The translations under genes were made by a program, and so were the position numbers. Shown here piece after piece: positions 44,690 through 57,017 of a stretch of 63,290 nucleotides of DNA (within the stretch, counting starts at the first letter, position 1; each line of letters begins with the position of its first letter). This DNA comes from Thermoanaerobaculia bacterium (GTDB lineage: Bacteria; Acidobacteriota; Thermoanaerobaculia; UBA5066; Gp7-AA6). Below the pieces are notes generated by a model. That model saw only the letters and a program-made list of their open reading frames with translations. It made no database searches and was not told the DNA's origin. Location of the stretch: contig JBBROA010000005.1 of NCBI GenBank assembly GCA_038229875.1, forward strand, positions 1-63,290, read 5' to 3'.

Positions 44690-46147
44690 TTGCACGAGTC
44701 GAGCTCTCCCCCGCGCGTCCGCTTCGCGCCGTCTCCGACGGGATCCCTGCACGTCGGCGGCGCACGGACGGCCCTCTACAACCTTCTCTTCGCGCGGCGC
44801 GAGAAGGGCACGTTCATCCTGCGCATCGAGGACACCGACGTCGAGCGCTCCCGCGAAGAGCTGTCCGGCCAGATCCTCTCGGCGATGGAGTGGCTCGGCC
44901 TCGATTACGACGAGGGGCCGTTCTACCAGTCGTCGCGGATGGAGCTGTACCGGGCGGCGATCGAGCGCCTCATCGCGCGGGGAAGGGCGTACCGCGCGTT
45001 CGAGACAGCCGAGGAGCTCGACGTCGAGCGGAAAAAGGCGGATGCGGCGGGCCGCGCGTACCGCTACTCGGGCGCCGGCCGCGACATCTCACCCGATGAG
45101 AGCGACCGCCGCGCGCGGGCGGGCGAACGGCACGTCGTGCGCCTCAAGATGCCGGCCGGAACGATCGTGGTCGAAGACCTGGTGCGCGGACGGGTCGAGT
45201 TCCCTCCGGAGGCGCTCGACGATTTCGTCCTCGTCCGGTCGGATGGACATCCGCTGTACCACTTCTGCGTCTGCGTCGACGACGCCGAGATGCGGATCAC
45301 GCACGTGCTCCGCGGAGACGATCACCTGGCGAACACTCCGAAGCACGTCGCCCTCTTCGACGCGCTCGGCGTCCCGGTGCCCGCGTTCGCGCACCTGGGG
45401 ATGATCCTGGGGACCGACCGCAAGAAGCTCTCGAAGCGTCACGGCGCCGCCGCGGTCGAGGAGTGGCGCGAAGTCGGCATTCTTCCCGAGGCGCTCGTCA
45501 ACTTTCTCGCCTTGCTCGGTTGGTCGCCGGGCGACGACCGCGAGATCCTGACGAGGGAGGAAATGGAGCGCGAGTTCTCGATCGACCGCATCGGGGCGTC
45601 TCCCTCGGTCTTCGACCCCGAGAAGCTGCTGTGGATGAACGCGCAGTACATCGCGAAGATGCCCGCGGCGGAGATCCTGGCCCGGTGCGTGCCGTGGCTT
45701 CCCGTGCCGCCTCCGCGCGAGGTCGCGCTCGCCGCGATCGAGCTGCATCGCACGCGGGCCCGCACGACCGTCGAGATGGCGCGAGCGGTTGCGACGTATG
45801 CCTCCGACCCGGAGCTCTACGAGCCGGACGGCCTGAAGAAGCAGGTGAAGCCCGACACCGCCGCGCAGATGGGAAAGTTTCTCGAGCGCGTCGCCGCGGT
45901 TTCCGAATGGACCGTGGGCCCCCTCGAGGCGGCGCTGCGGGCGAGCGCCGAGGAACAGGGCATTTCCGCCGGCAAGCTGATCCACCCGACGCGGCTGGCG
46001 CTGACGGGAGTGACGGTGGGCGCACCGCTCTTCGACGTGGTCGCGCTGCTCGGCAAAGAAACAGCTCTGCGCCGGCTCAAGATCTTCCTCGACAGGATCG
46101 CGCCGAAGAGCCCGGAAGGGAATCCGGAAGAATCGACTGACAGCTAG
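44690..46147 (+). CDS. gltX: Glutamate--tRNA ligase
   Basis: RFAPSPTG, HVGG, RIEDTD, KLSKR and C-terminal anticodon domain. Confidence 0.97.
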   Translation: MHESSSPPRVRFAPSPTGSLHVGGARTALYNLLFARREKGTFILRIEDTDVERSREELSGQILSAMEWLGLDYDEGPFYQSSRMELYRAAIERLIARGRAYRAFETAEELDVERKKADAAGRAYRYSGAGRDISPDESDRRARAGERHVVRLKMPAGTIVVEDLVRGRVEFPPEALDDFVLVRSDGHPLYHFCVCVDDAEMRITHVLRGDDHLANTPKHVALFDALGVPVPAFAHLGMILGTDRKKLSKRHGAAAVEEWREVGILPEALVNFLALLGWSPGDDREILTREEMEREFSIDRIGASPSVFDPEKLLWMNAQYIAKMPAAEILARCVPWLPVPPPREVALAAIELHRTRARTTVEMARAVATYASDPELYEPDGLKKQVKPDTAAQMGKFLERVAAVSEWTVGPLEAALRASAEEQGISAGKLIHPTRLALTGVTVGAPLFDVVALLGKETALRRLKIFLDRIAPKSPEGNPEESTDS

Positions 46148-46485
46148 GATTCGTCGAGCCGGTACTCCTCGCGCAGGTGGTGCAGGTCTTTCAAGGCGCC
46201 GCGCAGCACGGTGATCACCCGCGAGACTTCGCGCCCGTAAAACTTCATCTCCGCGTCGCAGTCGGTGAGGCCGTAGATCGCCTCGTCCTTCTCGAGTCGG
46301 TCCTTCTCGAAGTTCAATCGCTCGATCAACTCGTCGAGCTCGGACCGAAGGACGAACGCGACGTCGCGAACGCCCATGAAGCGGCTGCACTGGGGGCAAT
46401 GCACTTCCAGGTTCGCTTCCTCGGGAACGGCGTCGATCACAAACTGACGTTCGCATCGCGGGCATTCGAAGACTTCCGGAATCAT
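46144..46485 (-). CDS. Small zinc-ribbon plus coiled-coil hypothetical protein
   Basis: CPRC-x18-CPQC followed by charged helices; TACACT 10 nt upstream. Confidence 0.7.
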   Translation of the reverse strand: MIPEVFECPRCERQFVIDAVPEEANLEVHCPQCSRFMGVRDVAFVLRSELDELIERLNFEKDRLEKDEAIYGLTDCDAEMKFYGREVSRVITVLRGALKDLHHLREEYRLDES

Positions 46486-46965
46486 GACGAGCCCAAGTGT
46501 ACGCGCCGGCGCCTGGAACTCCGATGCCCATTTTTGGGGACGCCATGGTGGCATCCGTCGAAAGTTTTCCGGCACACGTTCTGCTTGCGCCGACCGGGTA
46601 CGATTCGCCGCGAGCGAAGAACAACTGCGGCAGGGAAAGCTTCCGGCGGGGAAAGCTGGAAGTGTCTGCTCGTTCTCGCCGCAACGCTCGTGGCGTCGCC
46701 GCGGCCGCAGCCGTTCGCGAGCTCGAAGGATCTTTTTGGTTCTCTCAGACGAGGCGTCGCAGCCGTCGACTCTGGAAACCTGGCTGAATCCGCGAGTGAC
46801 TCCTAAACTGGGCGCCGGAGATCAAGTAGCGGTGGTGCGCGCGTTGAGTTCGCCCGGTCCGGAGGCCGCCCGAGCGAAGGCGGCAGAACGGACCGCTCAG
46901 CATAAGATCGACGGCATGACTCCCTCGGCTCCGCTTCGCGCGCCACAATTTTCTTGAGCCGACGC

Positions 46966-48147
46966 ATGGATCGCAGATCGTTCTTAAAGGCAGGTGGCGC
47001 GATCGTCGTGCTGGCGGCGGGAGGAGGAGTTTGGCGGGCATACGATCAGGGCGTTTTCAATGTGGGCGAAGGGCCGGCCTACGAGCCCTGGAAAGACTGG
47101 CGGAGTGGCCCGTCGGATGGCCCCCTCGCGCTGGTGCGTGCCGCGATTCTCGCGGCGAGCCCGCACAACACGCAGCCCTGGCTTTTCAGAGTCGGTGATT
47201 CGGGGATCGACTTGTACATCGACACGAAGCGGAACGTTGGCGCACTCGATCCCTTTCTGCGGGAGGCGCACATCGGGATGGGCTGCGCCTTGGAGAACCT
47301 GATGCTTGCCGCCGCCGCCAATGGTTTCGCGGCAACTGCGACTCTGTCTCCCGGAGAGCTTGGGCCGATTCCCGCTGAGCCGACGCCCAAGCTCGTGGCG
47401 CGGGTCGATCTCGCTCCGGGTCAACGTCAGGAAAACGTCCTCTACGACTCGATTCCGCGCCGTCATACGAATCGCAGCCCCTACGATCCGAAGAAGCCCC
47501 TCCCGCCCGAATTCGTTCAAGCGCTGCAGGCGCTGGTGCGTGACGAGACAGATGTCAAACTGTTTCTCTTCGCGGACGAGGCCGTGCGAACGAAGATCGT
47601 TGCGATCAGCTCCGCGGCGAATACCGAGATCTACTCCGATCCGGAGGTCATGCGCGGCAACGAGCGGTGGATTCGGACCAGGTGGAGCTCAGTCCAGAGG
47701 TTCCGAGACGGCCTGACGATAGACTCCTTCGGACTCCCTTCCGTCACGACCGCGATCGCCAAGATGATCCCCGCGGGGATGTTGAGGCGGGTCGTGTCAA
47801 GCGCGGCGAAGGATGGCTACTCAGAATTGATGCTGAGCGCACCACTGATCGGGATGATTGCGCTGCGCAACCGCTACGATTGTGAGCAGAATCTGCGCGC
47901 TGGGCGAGTCTGGCAGCGAGCGCATCTCTTCGCGACGGCCCGCGGTGTCGCCGGGCGTCCCTGCAACGAAGCGGCAGAAATGGTGGATCACGAGAGGACT
48001 CTGGGCAGGGAGCCACGGCGAGCTGCCCTGTTGGCGGAGATCATCGGCGACGCGGCCTGGCAGCCGACCTTCGTTTTCTATATGGGCGATCCGTTCCTGG
48101 CAGGAAAAGCGAGCCCGCGGCGACCAGTACAGGACGTTGTCGTCTGA
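46966..48147 (+). CDS. Acg-like FMN-binding nitroreductase with twin-arginine signal
   Basis: DRRSFLK, AASPHNTQPW, GCALEN, RHTNR, SPRRP; alternative TTG at 46954. Confidence 0.85.
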   Translation: MDRRSFLKAGGAIVVLAAGGGVWRAYDQGVFNVGEGPAYEPWKDWRSGPSDGPLALVRAAILAASPHNTQPWLFRVGDSGIDLYIDTKRNVGALDPFLREAHIGMGCALENLMLAAAANGFAATATLSPGELGPIPAEPTPKLVARVDLAPGQRQENVLYDSIPRRHTNRSPYDPKKPLPPEFVQALQALVRDETDVKLFLFADEAVRTKIVAISSAANTEIYSDPEVMRGNERWIRTRWSSVQRFRDGLTIDSFGLPSVTTAIAKMIPAGMLRRVVSSAAKDGYSELMLSAPLIGMIALRNRYDCEQNLRAGRVWQRAHLFATARGVAGRPCNEAAEMVDHERTLGREPRRAALLAEIIGDAAWQPTFVFYMGDPFLAGKASPRRPVQDVVV

Positions 48148-48314
48148 GCGCCGGCCTGTCTGCTTCGGATGCAGCCAAACGGTCTGGCCGAGGGCGGTCG
48201 GATTTGGCCCCTGCCTTATTGAGCTCGAGTGAAAGGAGCCGGTGCCCGGCAGCTCAGAGATTCGAAGCGAGGAGCAGGTTTGCCTCGCGGGAGCCGGAGC
48301 GGAGGCAATTGTAT

Positions 48315-48344
48315 CGGCTGGCCACCATGAACGCCTTCCGAACC
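48315..48344 (+). other. Putative att-like site A
   Basis: 24/30 identical to 51298-51327; shares GGCTGG with the antisense tRNA-Gln 3' end. Confidence 0.5.
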
Positions 48345-48487
48345 CTCCGGCCGAGGGAGGCGGAGCGCCGGATCAGCCGACGTGATTGGCTGCGAACCAG
48401 CGAACAAACCCCGAAGGCGATCGCCGACCCATTGAGAGGGAGGATCGAACCCGGCGGGGGTTCACGGCGGGCGCCGGCCGAGGTCAG

Positions 48488-51145
48488 TCACTTGCTGGCG
48501 ACCTCCGCAGTCCAGTTGACGATCACTTCGAGCGGAAGCTCGTCGGCGACAATCTTCGGAACGATCGCGAGAAACCGCTTGCCGTCCGGCGAGACGTCGA
48601 AGGCTTTCCAGTCTGCTCCGCCGAGCGCGAAGAGGGCGGTCGGAGATCCCAGCTCGAGCGAAGGGAAAGTCTTGACCGGTACCGACGTCATGTGCCGGTC
48701 CCCCGAGACGTAGAGAAGCTCGCGACCGTCGCGGCTCCAGCGCAACCCCTTCGCACCTCCGGTCGAGACGCGGATTCTCTCGCCCGGCCCGGGATAGGGC
48801 GTGACGTAAACCTCCGGTTGGCCCGACTCAGTGGTGATCATTCCGAGATAGCGGCCGTCGGGCGAGAAGCGCACGTCGGACTTGCCGAAAGGCGCCTGCA
48901 GAAAAGGAGCGGGCTTTCCGCCACCAGTGAGAGGGAGCACCCAGATGTCGAACCTGCCGTGCTCGCTCGCTTCCCTGAAGAGGAGAGACCCGCCGTCGGG
49001 TGAAACGTCCTCCGCGATCTGGAATTTTCCGTCTGGAAGGAGTTTCTCTTCTTTACCTGTCGCGAGGTCCCTGCGGAAGAGCTGCGGCGAGGTGCCCCGG
49101 TCGACCGAATAGACGACGCTCTTTCCTCCGGGCAGCAAGATGGGATAGACCTCAGTGTCCGGCTCTGAAGTGACAGGCGTCTCCGTCCCTCGCTCGAGGT
49201 CCAGAGACCAGACGCCCCACGTTCCGATCTGCGGGCGGGTTCGATCGGTGAGCGCCCGCCGGCCGTCGGGAGCGATCGAGACGCTCAGGTAATTCCCGGG
49301 CGGACCGACAGAACCCAGGTCCCGACCGGTTCGGTCGAGCCAGGTCAGACGGTTCGCGTCTTCCTGAGACTGATAGGCGAGCGTGCCGGTCCACGATGCT
49401 GCGAAAGAGGCAAAGCCCGTCGTGAGAAAGTACCGAACGTGTTCCGCCATCGAGATTGGCTCGCCCGAGACACGGCCGCTCTCCGGGTCAAAACGCTGCG
49501 CCACCAGGGTTCCCTCTCTGGCGAACACGAGATAGCCAGGGTTCATGTATTGCACGGCGGATTTGACGGCCAGGATGGGGCGGGGCTTTTTCCCCGGCTC
49601 CGCCAGCATCAAGTCGCCGCGGCCGTCTTGATAACGAAGAAGGTAAAGGAATCGCTCGCCGTCCGGGAGGAACCAGGGCCAGGCGACCCGAGCCTCGCCC
49701 CGCGAGAGATCGACCCGGATCATCTCGGCCGGCGCACCGCCCGCTGCGGAAACGCGGAAGACTCCCCGCCCCCTCGAGACTCCGGCAAAGAGGATGTCCC
49801 CGTCGCGGCCCCAGGTCCCCGACCAAAACGGGCCGACGAGGGCCACGTCGCAGATCGACACGGCCGCGCCTCCGGAGAGCTCGACGCGCTTCAACTTGCC
49901 CTCCGCGAAGAAGGCGATGGAGCGGCCGTCGGGCGAAAAGAAGAGCGAATTGGCGCCTTCGGTCCCCGGGATCGGCCGGGCCTCAGGAGCGGACAGTGGC
50001 CGCAGGAAGATGCGCTGGCCGCCCTGCGAATCCGACGCGACGTATGCGAGCCGTGAACCGTCCGGCGAGACGGTGAGAAAAGAGCTCTCCACACCGTGCC
50101 AGAAGGCGCCGTTTGCCGGAGGTGGTAGGGAGAAGCGGATCGTCGGCTGTGGTCGAGCAGGCGGGGACCCTTTTCTGAGCATCGCGACCGCCGCGATCGC
50201 GAGGACGGCGCCGGCCACGAACCACGGCAGCCATCGAGCCCGAGGGGGGTGCGGGAAAGCGCCAGCAACCCGTGGAGCCGATACCCCGTCGGCAATCGCG
50301 TTCAGTTGCAACTCCACGTCGCGCGCCGTTTGCCACCGGTCATCGGGGTCTTTGGCGAGACAAGTCCTCACCAGACGATCGAGCGAGGCCGGGCTCATGG
50401 TCTGGACAGAAGAGATCGAGGGAGGCCCGCTCGTGAGAATTGCCGACACCGTCGAGGCCGGGCTCGTCCCATTGAACGCCCTGGTGCCGGTCGCCATCTC
50501 GTGGAGCACGGCTCCCAACGCGAAGATGTCGGCCCGAGAGTCGGCGTCTTTGCCTCGGAGCACCTCCGGCGCCATATACGGAACCGTACCGAGGATCATG
50601 CCCGGAGATGACAAATCCCTCGCCGCGGTCGGCGCCGAGGTCAGGCTTTCCATCGTCGGAGAGGGCAGGAGGACCTTCGCCAAACCGAAGTCGAGAAGTT
50701 TCAACCCCGATTTAGTGATCATGACGTTGGAGGGCTTCAAGTCGCGGTGAACGATTCCCTTTCGGTGCGCCGCCTCCAGCGCCGATGCCATCTGCGCTCC
50801 GAATCGGAGTGTCTGATCGACGGGGAGCGGCCCTCTCACCACCCGTTCAGCGAGAACCTCGCCTTCGAGCAGCTCCATGACGAGATAGTCCGTACCATCT
50901 GTATTCCCGACGTCGTAGAGCGCGCAGATATGCGGATGGGAAAGTGAAGAGATCGTTTTCGCCTCGCGCTCGAAACGCTGGCGGATTTCAGGAGAAGAAG
51001 AGAGATCCGAGCGCAGGACCTTGATTGCGACAATCCGCTCGAGACGCGTGTCTCGCGCCTTGTACACCTCACCCATCCCCCCCGCGCCGAGAGGCGAGAG
51101 GATTTCGTACGGGCCAAGCCGGGTTCCCGAGAGAAGAAGAGACAT
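48488..51145 (-). CDS. Hanks-type Ser/Thr kinase with TM and TolB/PD40 beta-propellers
   Basis: GAGGMGEVY, HRDLKPSN, DFG, APE; repeated SPDG motifs. Confidence 0.95.
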   Translation of the reverse strand: MSLLLSGTRLGPYEILSPLGAGGMGEVYKARDTRLERIVAIKVLRSDLSSSPEIRQRFEREAKTISSLSHPHICALYDVGNTDGTDYLVMELLEGEVLAERVVRGPLPVDQTLRFGAQMASALEAAHRKGIVHRDLKPSNVMITKSGLKLLDFGLAKVLLPSPTMESLTSAPTAARDLSSPGMILGTVPYMAPEVLRGKDADSRADIFALGAVLHEMATGTRAFNGTSPASTVSAILTSGPPSISSVQTMSPASLDRLVRTCLAKDPDDRWQTARDVELQLNAIADGVSAPRVAGAFPHPPRARWLPWFVAGAVLAIAAVAMLRKGSPPARPQPTIRFSLPPPANGAFWHGVESSFLTVSPDGSRLAYVASDSQGGQRIFLRPLSAPEARPIPGTEGANSLFFSPDGRSIAFFAEGKLKRVELSGGAAVSICDVALVGPFWSGTWGRDGDILFAGVSRGRGVFRVSAAGGAPAEMIRVDLSRGEARVAWPWFLPDGERFLYLLRYQDGRGDLMLAEPGKKPRPILAVKSAVQYMNPGYLVFAREGTLVAQRFDPESGRVSGEPISMAEHVRYFLTTGFASFAASWTGTLAYQSQEDANRLTWLDRTGRDLGSVGPPGNYLSVSIAPDGRRALTDRTRPQIGTWGVWSLDLERGTETPVTSEPDTEVYPILLPGGKSVVYSVDRGTSPQLFRRDLATGKEEKLLPDGKFQIAEDVSPDGGSLLFREASEHGRFDIWVLPLTGGGKPAPFLQAPFGKSDVRFSPDGRYLGMITTESGQPEVYVTPYPGPGERIRVSTGGAKGLRWSRDGRELLYVSGDRHMTSVPVKTFPSLELGSPTALFALGGADWKAFDVSPDGKRFLAIVPKIVADELPLEVIVNWTAEVASK

Positions 51146-51297
51146 CTGGGTGCTGAAGATTCTAGTCGCGGAACGACTGGACTCTGGTCCGCACTCCCGG
51201 ATTCGTGGAAATGCGCGCTGCTCGATTTGGTCATCCGTGAGACCTGTCACCGTCGTGGGCAATTGTGGGTGAAAAACGCGGAGTCTCCGGAAGGAAT

Positions 51298-51327
51298 TGG
51301 CTGGCCATCGTGGACACCTTTCGAACC
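51298..51327 (+). other. Putative att-like site B
   Basis: TGGCTGG identical to 54287-54293; reads WLAIVDTFRT. Confidence 0.5.
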
Positions 51328-51512
51328 GCCGGCTTTCGCTCCCTGGGTAGGGGCCCGGCTCAGAGGGCGTATTCCCAAAGGAGTTTTTCGCCTTCTGGCG
51401 ATCTCGCAGCATCGGCTGTCAGCGGTCCTTTTGCGACCGGAGGCTGCAGGACTCGATAAAATGAATTCGGAAAGGAACCCAAAGGAAGATCAAACCGCCG
51501 AATCGCCGAGAC

Positions 51513-51745
51513 ATGCGTCTCGACTCCAAACGCTGCGTTCTTGACCCGGAAACGAGGGAAGTGCTCCGGGAGGGGACCGTAGTGCCGTTTTCGCCGAAGG
51601 CTTCTCTCCTTCTCAAGTTCCTTTTCGAGAACCGCCCCAGGGCGTTTTCGAAGGCGCGGACCCAACAGCACCTGTGGTCGGAAACTTTCGTTTCGGAAGC
51701 GAATCTCGGGAATCCCGCATCGACGGTCGAAAAGCGGTCAAACTG

Positions 51746-51749
<4 letters not shown>
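51513..51749 (+). pseudogene. Truncated OmpR/PhoB-type winged-helix domain
   Basis: LDPETREVLREG..SPKA..LL..LW.ETFVSEANL, then similarity stops within the recognition helix. Confidence 0.7.
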
Positions 51750-54124
<2,375 letters not shown>

Positions 54125-54286
54125 GTGAGGGGTACCGATTGCGAATCTCGGAGGTTTCCCGGCGTTTCTGCCCCGGTCGCGGCGCACGAAGTCTGCCAGA
54201 GGGGAAGAGGCGCGCGCCGCGGGAGCGAAGCCCCGGAGCTGATGAGCGCGAAGCGAAATCCAAGCGGAGCGGGCGTAGCGACGGTT

Positions 54287-54360
54287 TGGCTGGGAGGCAG
54301 GGAGTCGAACCCCGATTAACTGGTCCAGAGCCAGTGGTCCTACCATTGAACGACCTCCCA
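54287..54360 (-). tRNA. tRNA-Gln (CTG), CCA encoded
   Basis: TGGGAGG acceptor stem, ACTGG-CTCTGGA-CCAGT anticodon arm, GGTTCGACTCC T arm, GCCA end. Confidence 0.97.
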
Positions 54361-54377
54361 GTCGTCAGGGAGAGCGG

Positions 54378-54406
54378 ATTATTCAGGAACACCCGGTTTC
54401 CGTCAA
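54378..54406 (-). promoter_or_regulatory. Sigma70-type promoter of tRNA-Gln
   Basis: TTGACG-17 nt-AATAAT. Confidence 0.65.
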
Positions 54407-54471
54407 ACCCGAGGCCCCGGCCCGTTCTCCCCGGATTCCCCGGCTCGCCGACGCGGACGTAAGATCCCCGC

Positions 54472-54843
54472 ATGGATCCTTCCCGCCTCGTTTCGCGCAA
54501 ATGCGAGCCCTGCCGGGGCGGGGTGCCGCCGCTGGCCGAGGCTAAGGTCCGGGAGTTTCTCGAGCAGACCCCGGAGTGGACGCTCGAAGAGAACGCCTCG
54601 CGACTCGCCCGCCGTTTCGAGTTCGAGAATTTCAAGAGCGCGCTCGAGTTCGTCAATCGCGTCGGAGACCTCGCCGAGCAGGAGGGTCACCACCCGGACA
54701 TCGCGGTCCACTGGAACAAGGTCGAGCTCGTCCTGTGGACCCACGCGATCGGCGGACTCCACGAGAACGACTTCATCCTCGCGGCGAAGATCGACCGCCT
54801 GCTGGAAGAGCCGCGCCGCGCGACGAGCGGTCTCTCGGGCTAG
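54472..54843 (+). CDS. phhB: Pterin-4a-carbinolamine dehydratase
   Basis: CEPCRGG, EGHHPDI, WTHAIGGLHENDFILAAKID. Confidence 0.93.
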   Translation: MDPSRLVSRKCEPCRGGVPPLAEAKVREFLEQTPEWTLEENASRLARRFEFENFKSALEFVNRVGDLAEQEGHHPDIAVHWNKVELVLWTHAIGGLHENDFILAAKIDRLLEEPRRATSGLSG

Positions 54844-54848
54844 GACCC

Positions 54849-55073
54849 CTAGCGGCCCGGCTTGCCCGGAAGGATCACGAGCACCAGCCCGATCACCCCG
54901 GCTCCGACCGAGACCCACCGCGCCGTTTCCCAGAAGTCCTTCTTGCCGCGCTCCTCCTGCGAGAACGTCGATTTCAACGCTCCCTGGACGCTGTCGTAGC
55001 TGCCGCGCTTGCTCGACGCGAAAAGGAACCCCGCGATCCCCAGCACCAGAATGATCAAGCCGATGCGTCGCAT
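54849..55073 (-). CDS. Small two-TM hypothetical protein
   Basis: MRRIGLIILVLGIAG...WVSVGAGVIGLVLVIL; AGGAGG RBS. Confidence 0.75.
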   Translation of the reverse strand: MRRIGLIILVLGIAGFLFASSKRGSYDSVQGALKSTFSQEERGKKDFWETARWVSVGAGVIGLVLVILPGKPGR

Positions 55074-55090
55074 GGCGCCTCCTGAATTGC

Positions 55091-56266
55091 CTAGTACCGC
55101 GCGAGCGAAGAGTCGATCCGCTCCGCCCACGTGTTGATGCCGCCGGCGAGGTTGCGGGCCTTCGCGTAGCCCATCTGACGGAGAAAAGCGACCGCGTGGG
55201 CGCTCCGGCCGCCGACGCGGCAGTACACGACGATATCGTCGTCCTTCGAAAGCTCCGCGAAGCGGACGGGAAGCGCGGCCAGCGGAATCTTGACCGAGCC
55301 GGTCAGATCCGCGATCGCATACTCGTAGGGCTCCCGCACGTCGAGCAGCACCAGTCCTTCTCCGCCGTCGCGCAGCGACTTCAGCTCTTCGACGGAAACT
55401 TCAGGAGGGACGGCCGGCACGGCGCGGGACGATACCACCGGCGCATCGCAATCCGCGTCGACGCCGACTTCGGAGAGCCGGGTGATTATGGGCCGCTCTC
55501 CGCAGAGCGCGCAGTCCGGGTCCTTGCGCAGGCGCATCTCCCGAAACTGCATCGAAAGCGCGTCGACCATGAGGAGCCGCCCGATCAGGGGCTCTCCGAT
55601 CCCGAGGATCAGCTTGAGGGTCTCCGCGGCCTGGATCATCCCGAGGAGTCCGGGCAGCACGCCGAGAACCCCTGCCTCGGCGCACGAGGGAACGGATCCC
55701 GCGGCCGGGGGCTCGGGGTGCAGGCAGCGATAGCAGGGCCCCTTCTGCGCCCAGAACACCGAGGCCTGGCCTTCGAAGCGGTGCACGGACGCCCAGACGT
55801 TCGGCTTTCCGGCGAGCACGCACGCGTCGTTGACGAGGTATCGCGCCGGGAAGTTGTCGGTTCCGTCGGCGACGACGTCGAAATCCCGCACGATCGCGAG
55901 CGCGTTGCCGGCGGTCAGCCGCTGGCGGATCGGCGTCACGCCGACGTTCGGGTTCGCGTCCCCGATCCGGCGCGCGGCCGCTTCGACCTTGGCGATGCCG
56001 ACGTCTCCGGTCCCGTAGAGGACCTGGCGCTGGAGGTTCGAGGCCTCCACGGCGTCTGAATCGACGAGTCCGATCCGCCCGACGCCCGCCGCCGCGAGGT
56101 AGAGCGCGATGGGTGACCCGAGCCCTCCCGCGCCGACCACCAGCACGCGCGCGGATTTCAGTCGCGCCTGCCCCTCCGGGCCGACCTCCTCGAGAGTCAG
56201 GTGGCGCGCGTACCGCCTGGATTCCTCGGGCGAAAGACCGCGCGCGCCGGCCGGCTCGGAAATCAC
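55091..56266 (-). CDS. moeB: ThiF/MoeB adenylyltransferase with rhodanese domain (MoeZ-type)
   Basis: RYARH, GAGGLG, SNLQRQ, CYRC, PSCAEAGV, CALC, DVRE..YCRVGGRS. Confidence 0.93.
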   Translation of the reverse strand: MISEPAGARGLSPEESRRYARHLTLEEVGPEGQARLKSARVLVVGAGGLGSPIALYLAAAGVGRIGLVDSDAVEASNLQRQVLYGTGDVGIAKVEAAARRIGDANPNVGVTPIRQRLTAGNALAIVRDFDVVADGTDNFPARYLVNDACVLAGKPNVWASVHRFEGQASVFWAQKGPCYRCLHPEPPAAGSVPSCAEAGVLGVLPGLLGMIQAAETLKLILGIGEPLIGRLLMVDALSMQFREMRLRKDPDCALCGERPIITRLSEVGVDADCDAPVVSSRAVPAVPPEVSVEELKSLRDGGEGLVLLDVREPYEYAIADLTGSVKIPLAALPVRFAELSKDDDIVVYCRVGGRSAHAVAFLRQMGYAKARNLAGGINTWAERIDSSLARY

Positions 56267-56916
56267 GGCGCCTTCGTCAGCTCGATCCGGAAAGTCGAGC
56301 CTGTCTCGACCGCGCGGAAGTTCTGAAACGGGGAGTCCTCGACGGCGACCCGAACCGGGCCGTCGACCTCCTCCCGCGAAAATCCGTGGCCGCGCATTCC
56401 CTTGCGCATCACGAACACGGGGAGCGGGAGCCAGCCCCACAGAGGGGCGCGGTCCTTTTCGAGCTCTGCACCCGGAGCATCGGGGTTTCCCTCGAAGATC
56501 CAGAAGCGCGCGCCCGGCTTCAACGCGCGATGGACTCCGGCGAGCCCGGCCACGGCGTCGACCCAGTGATGAAACGTGAGCACCGCGATCGCGAAATCGA
56601 ACTCCTCGCGGAACGGCGAATCCTCCGCGCTCGCAACGCGGAAGGAGAGATTGGAAAGCGCCGGTCCCCGGCCGGCCTGCTCGATCATTTCCGGCGACGC
56701 ATCGATGCCGACCACCTCGAGCTCCGGCCGCGCGGCGGCGAGGAGGCGGTCGAGCCGGCCTGGCCCGCACCCGACGTCCAGAAGGCGCCCGCTTTCGATC
56801 GGCACTTCGGCGCCGATCCGGCGGTGCAGCGGCGCGCACATCGGCTCGGCCCACCGGCGATAGAGTCGCGAGGCCATCCAGCCGAATTTCTCCGGCCGTC
56901 CGCCTTTGAGGTTCAC
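56263..56916 (-). CDS. Class I SAM-dependent methyltransferase
   Basis: LDVGCGPG, GIDAS, FHHW, LKPG. Confidence 0.88.
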   Translation of the reverse strand: MNLKGGRPEKFGWMASRLYRRWAEPMCAPLHRRIGAEVPIESGRLLDVGCGPGRLDRLLAAARPELEVVGIDASPEMIEQAGRGPALSNLSFRVASAEDSPFREEFDFAIAVLTFHHWVDAVAGLAGVHRALKPGARFWIFEGNPDAPGAELEKDRAPLWGWLPLPVFVMRKGMRGHGFSREEVDGPVRVAVEDSPFQNFRAVETGSTFRIELTKAP

Positions 56917-57017
56917 ACAGAAAACCTATCAGGAATGGCAGCGTTCCGTTTCGGACGGCAGGGTAGCCCCATCCGAAATTGCCTCTCCTGATAGATTCCG
57001 CAACCCGGAGGAGCGAC

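Noticed and set aside
46600-46950. Signal-peptide-like and other coding-looking fragments
   Set aside because: Possibly a gene relic, but no family motif could be identified
48435-48455. GGATCGAACCCGG, antisense T-arm-like sequence
   Set aside because: No cloverleaf or CCA, and a poor match to the tRNA-Gln 3' end
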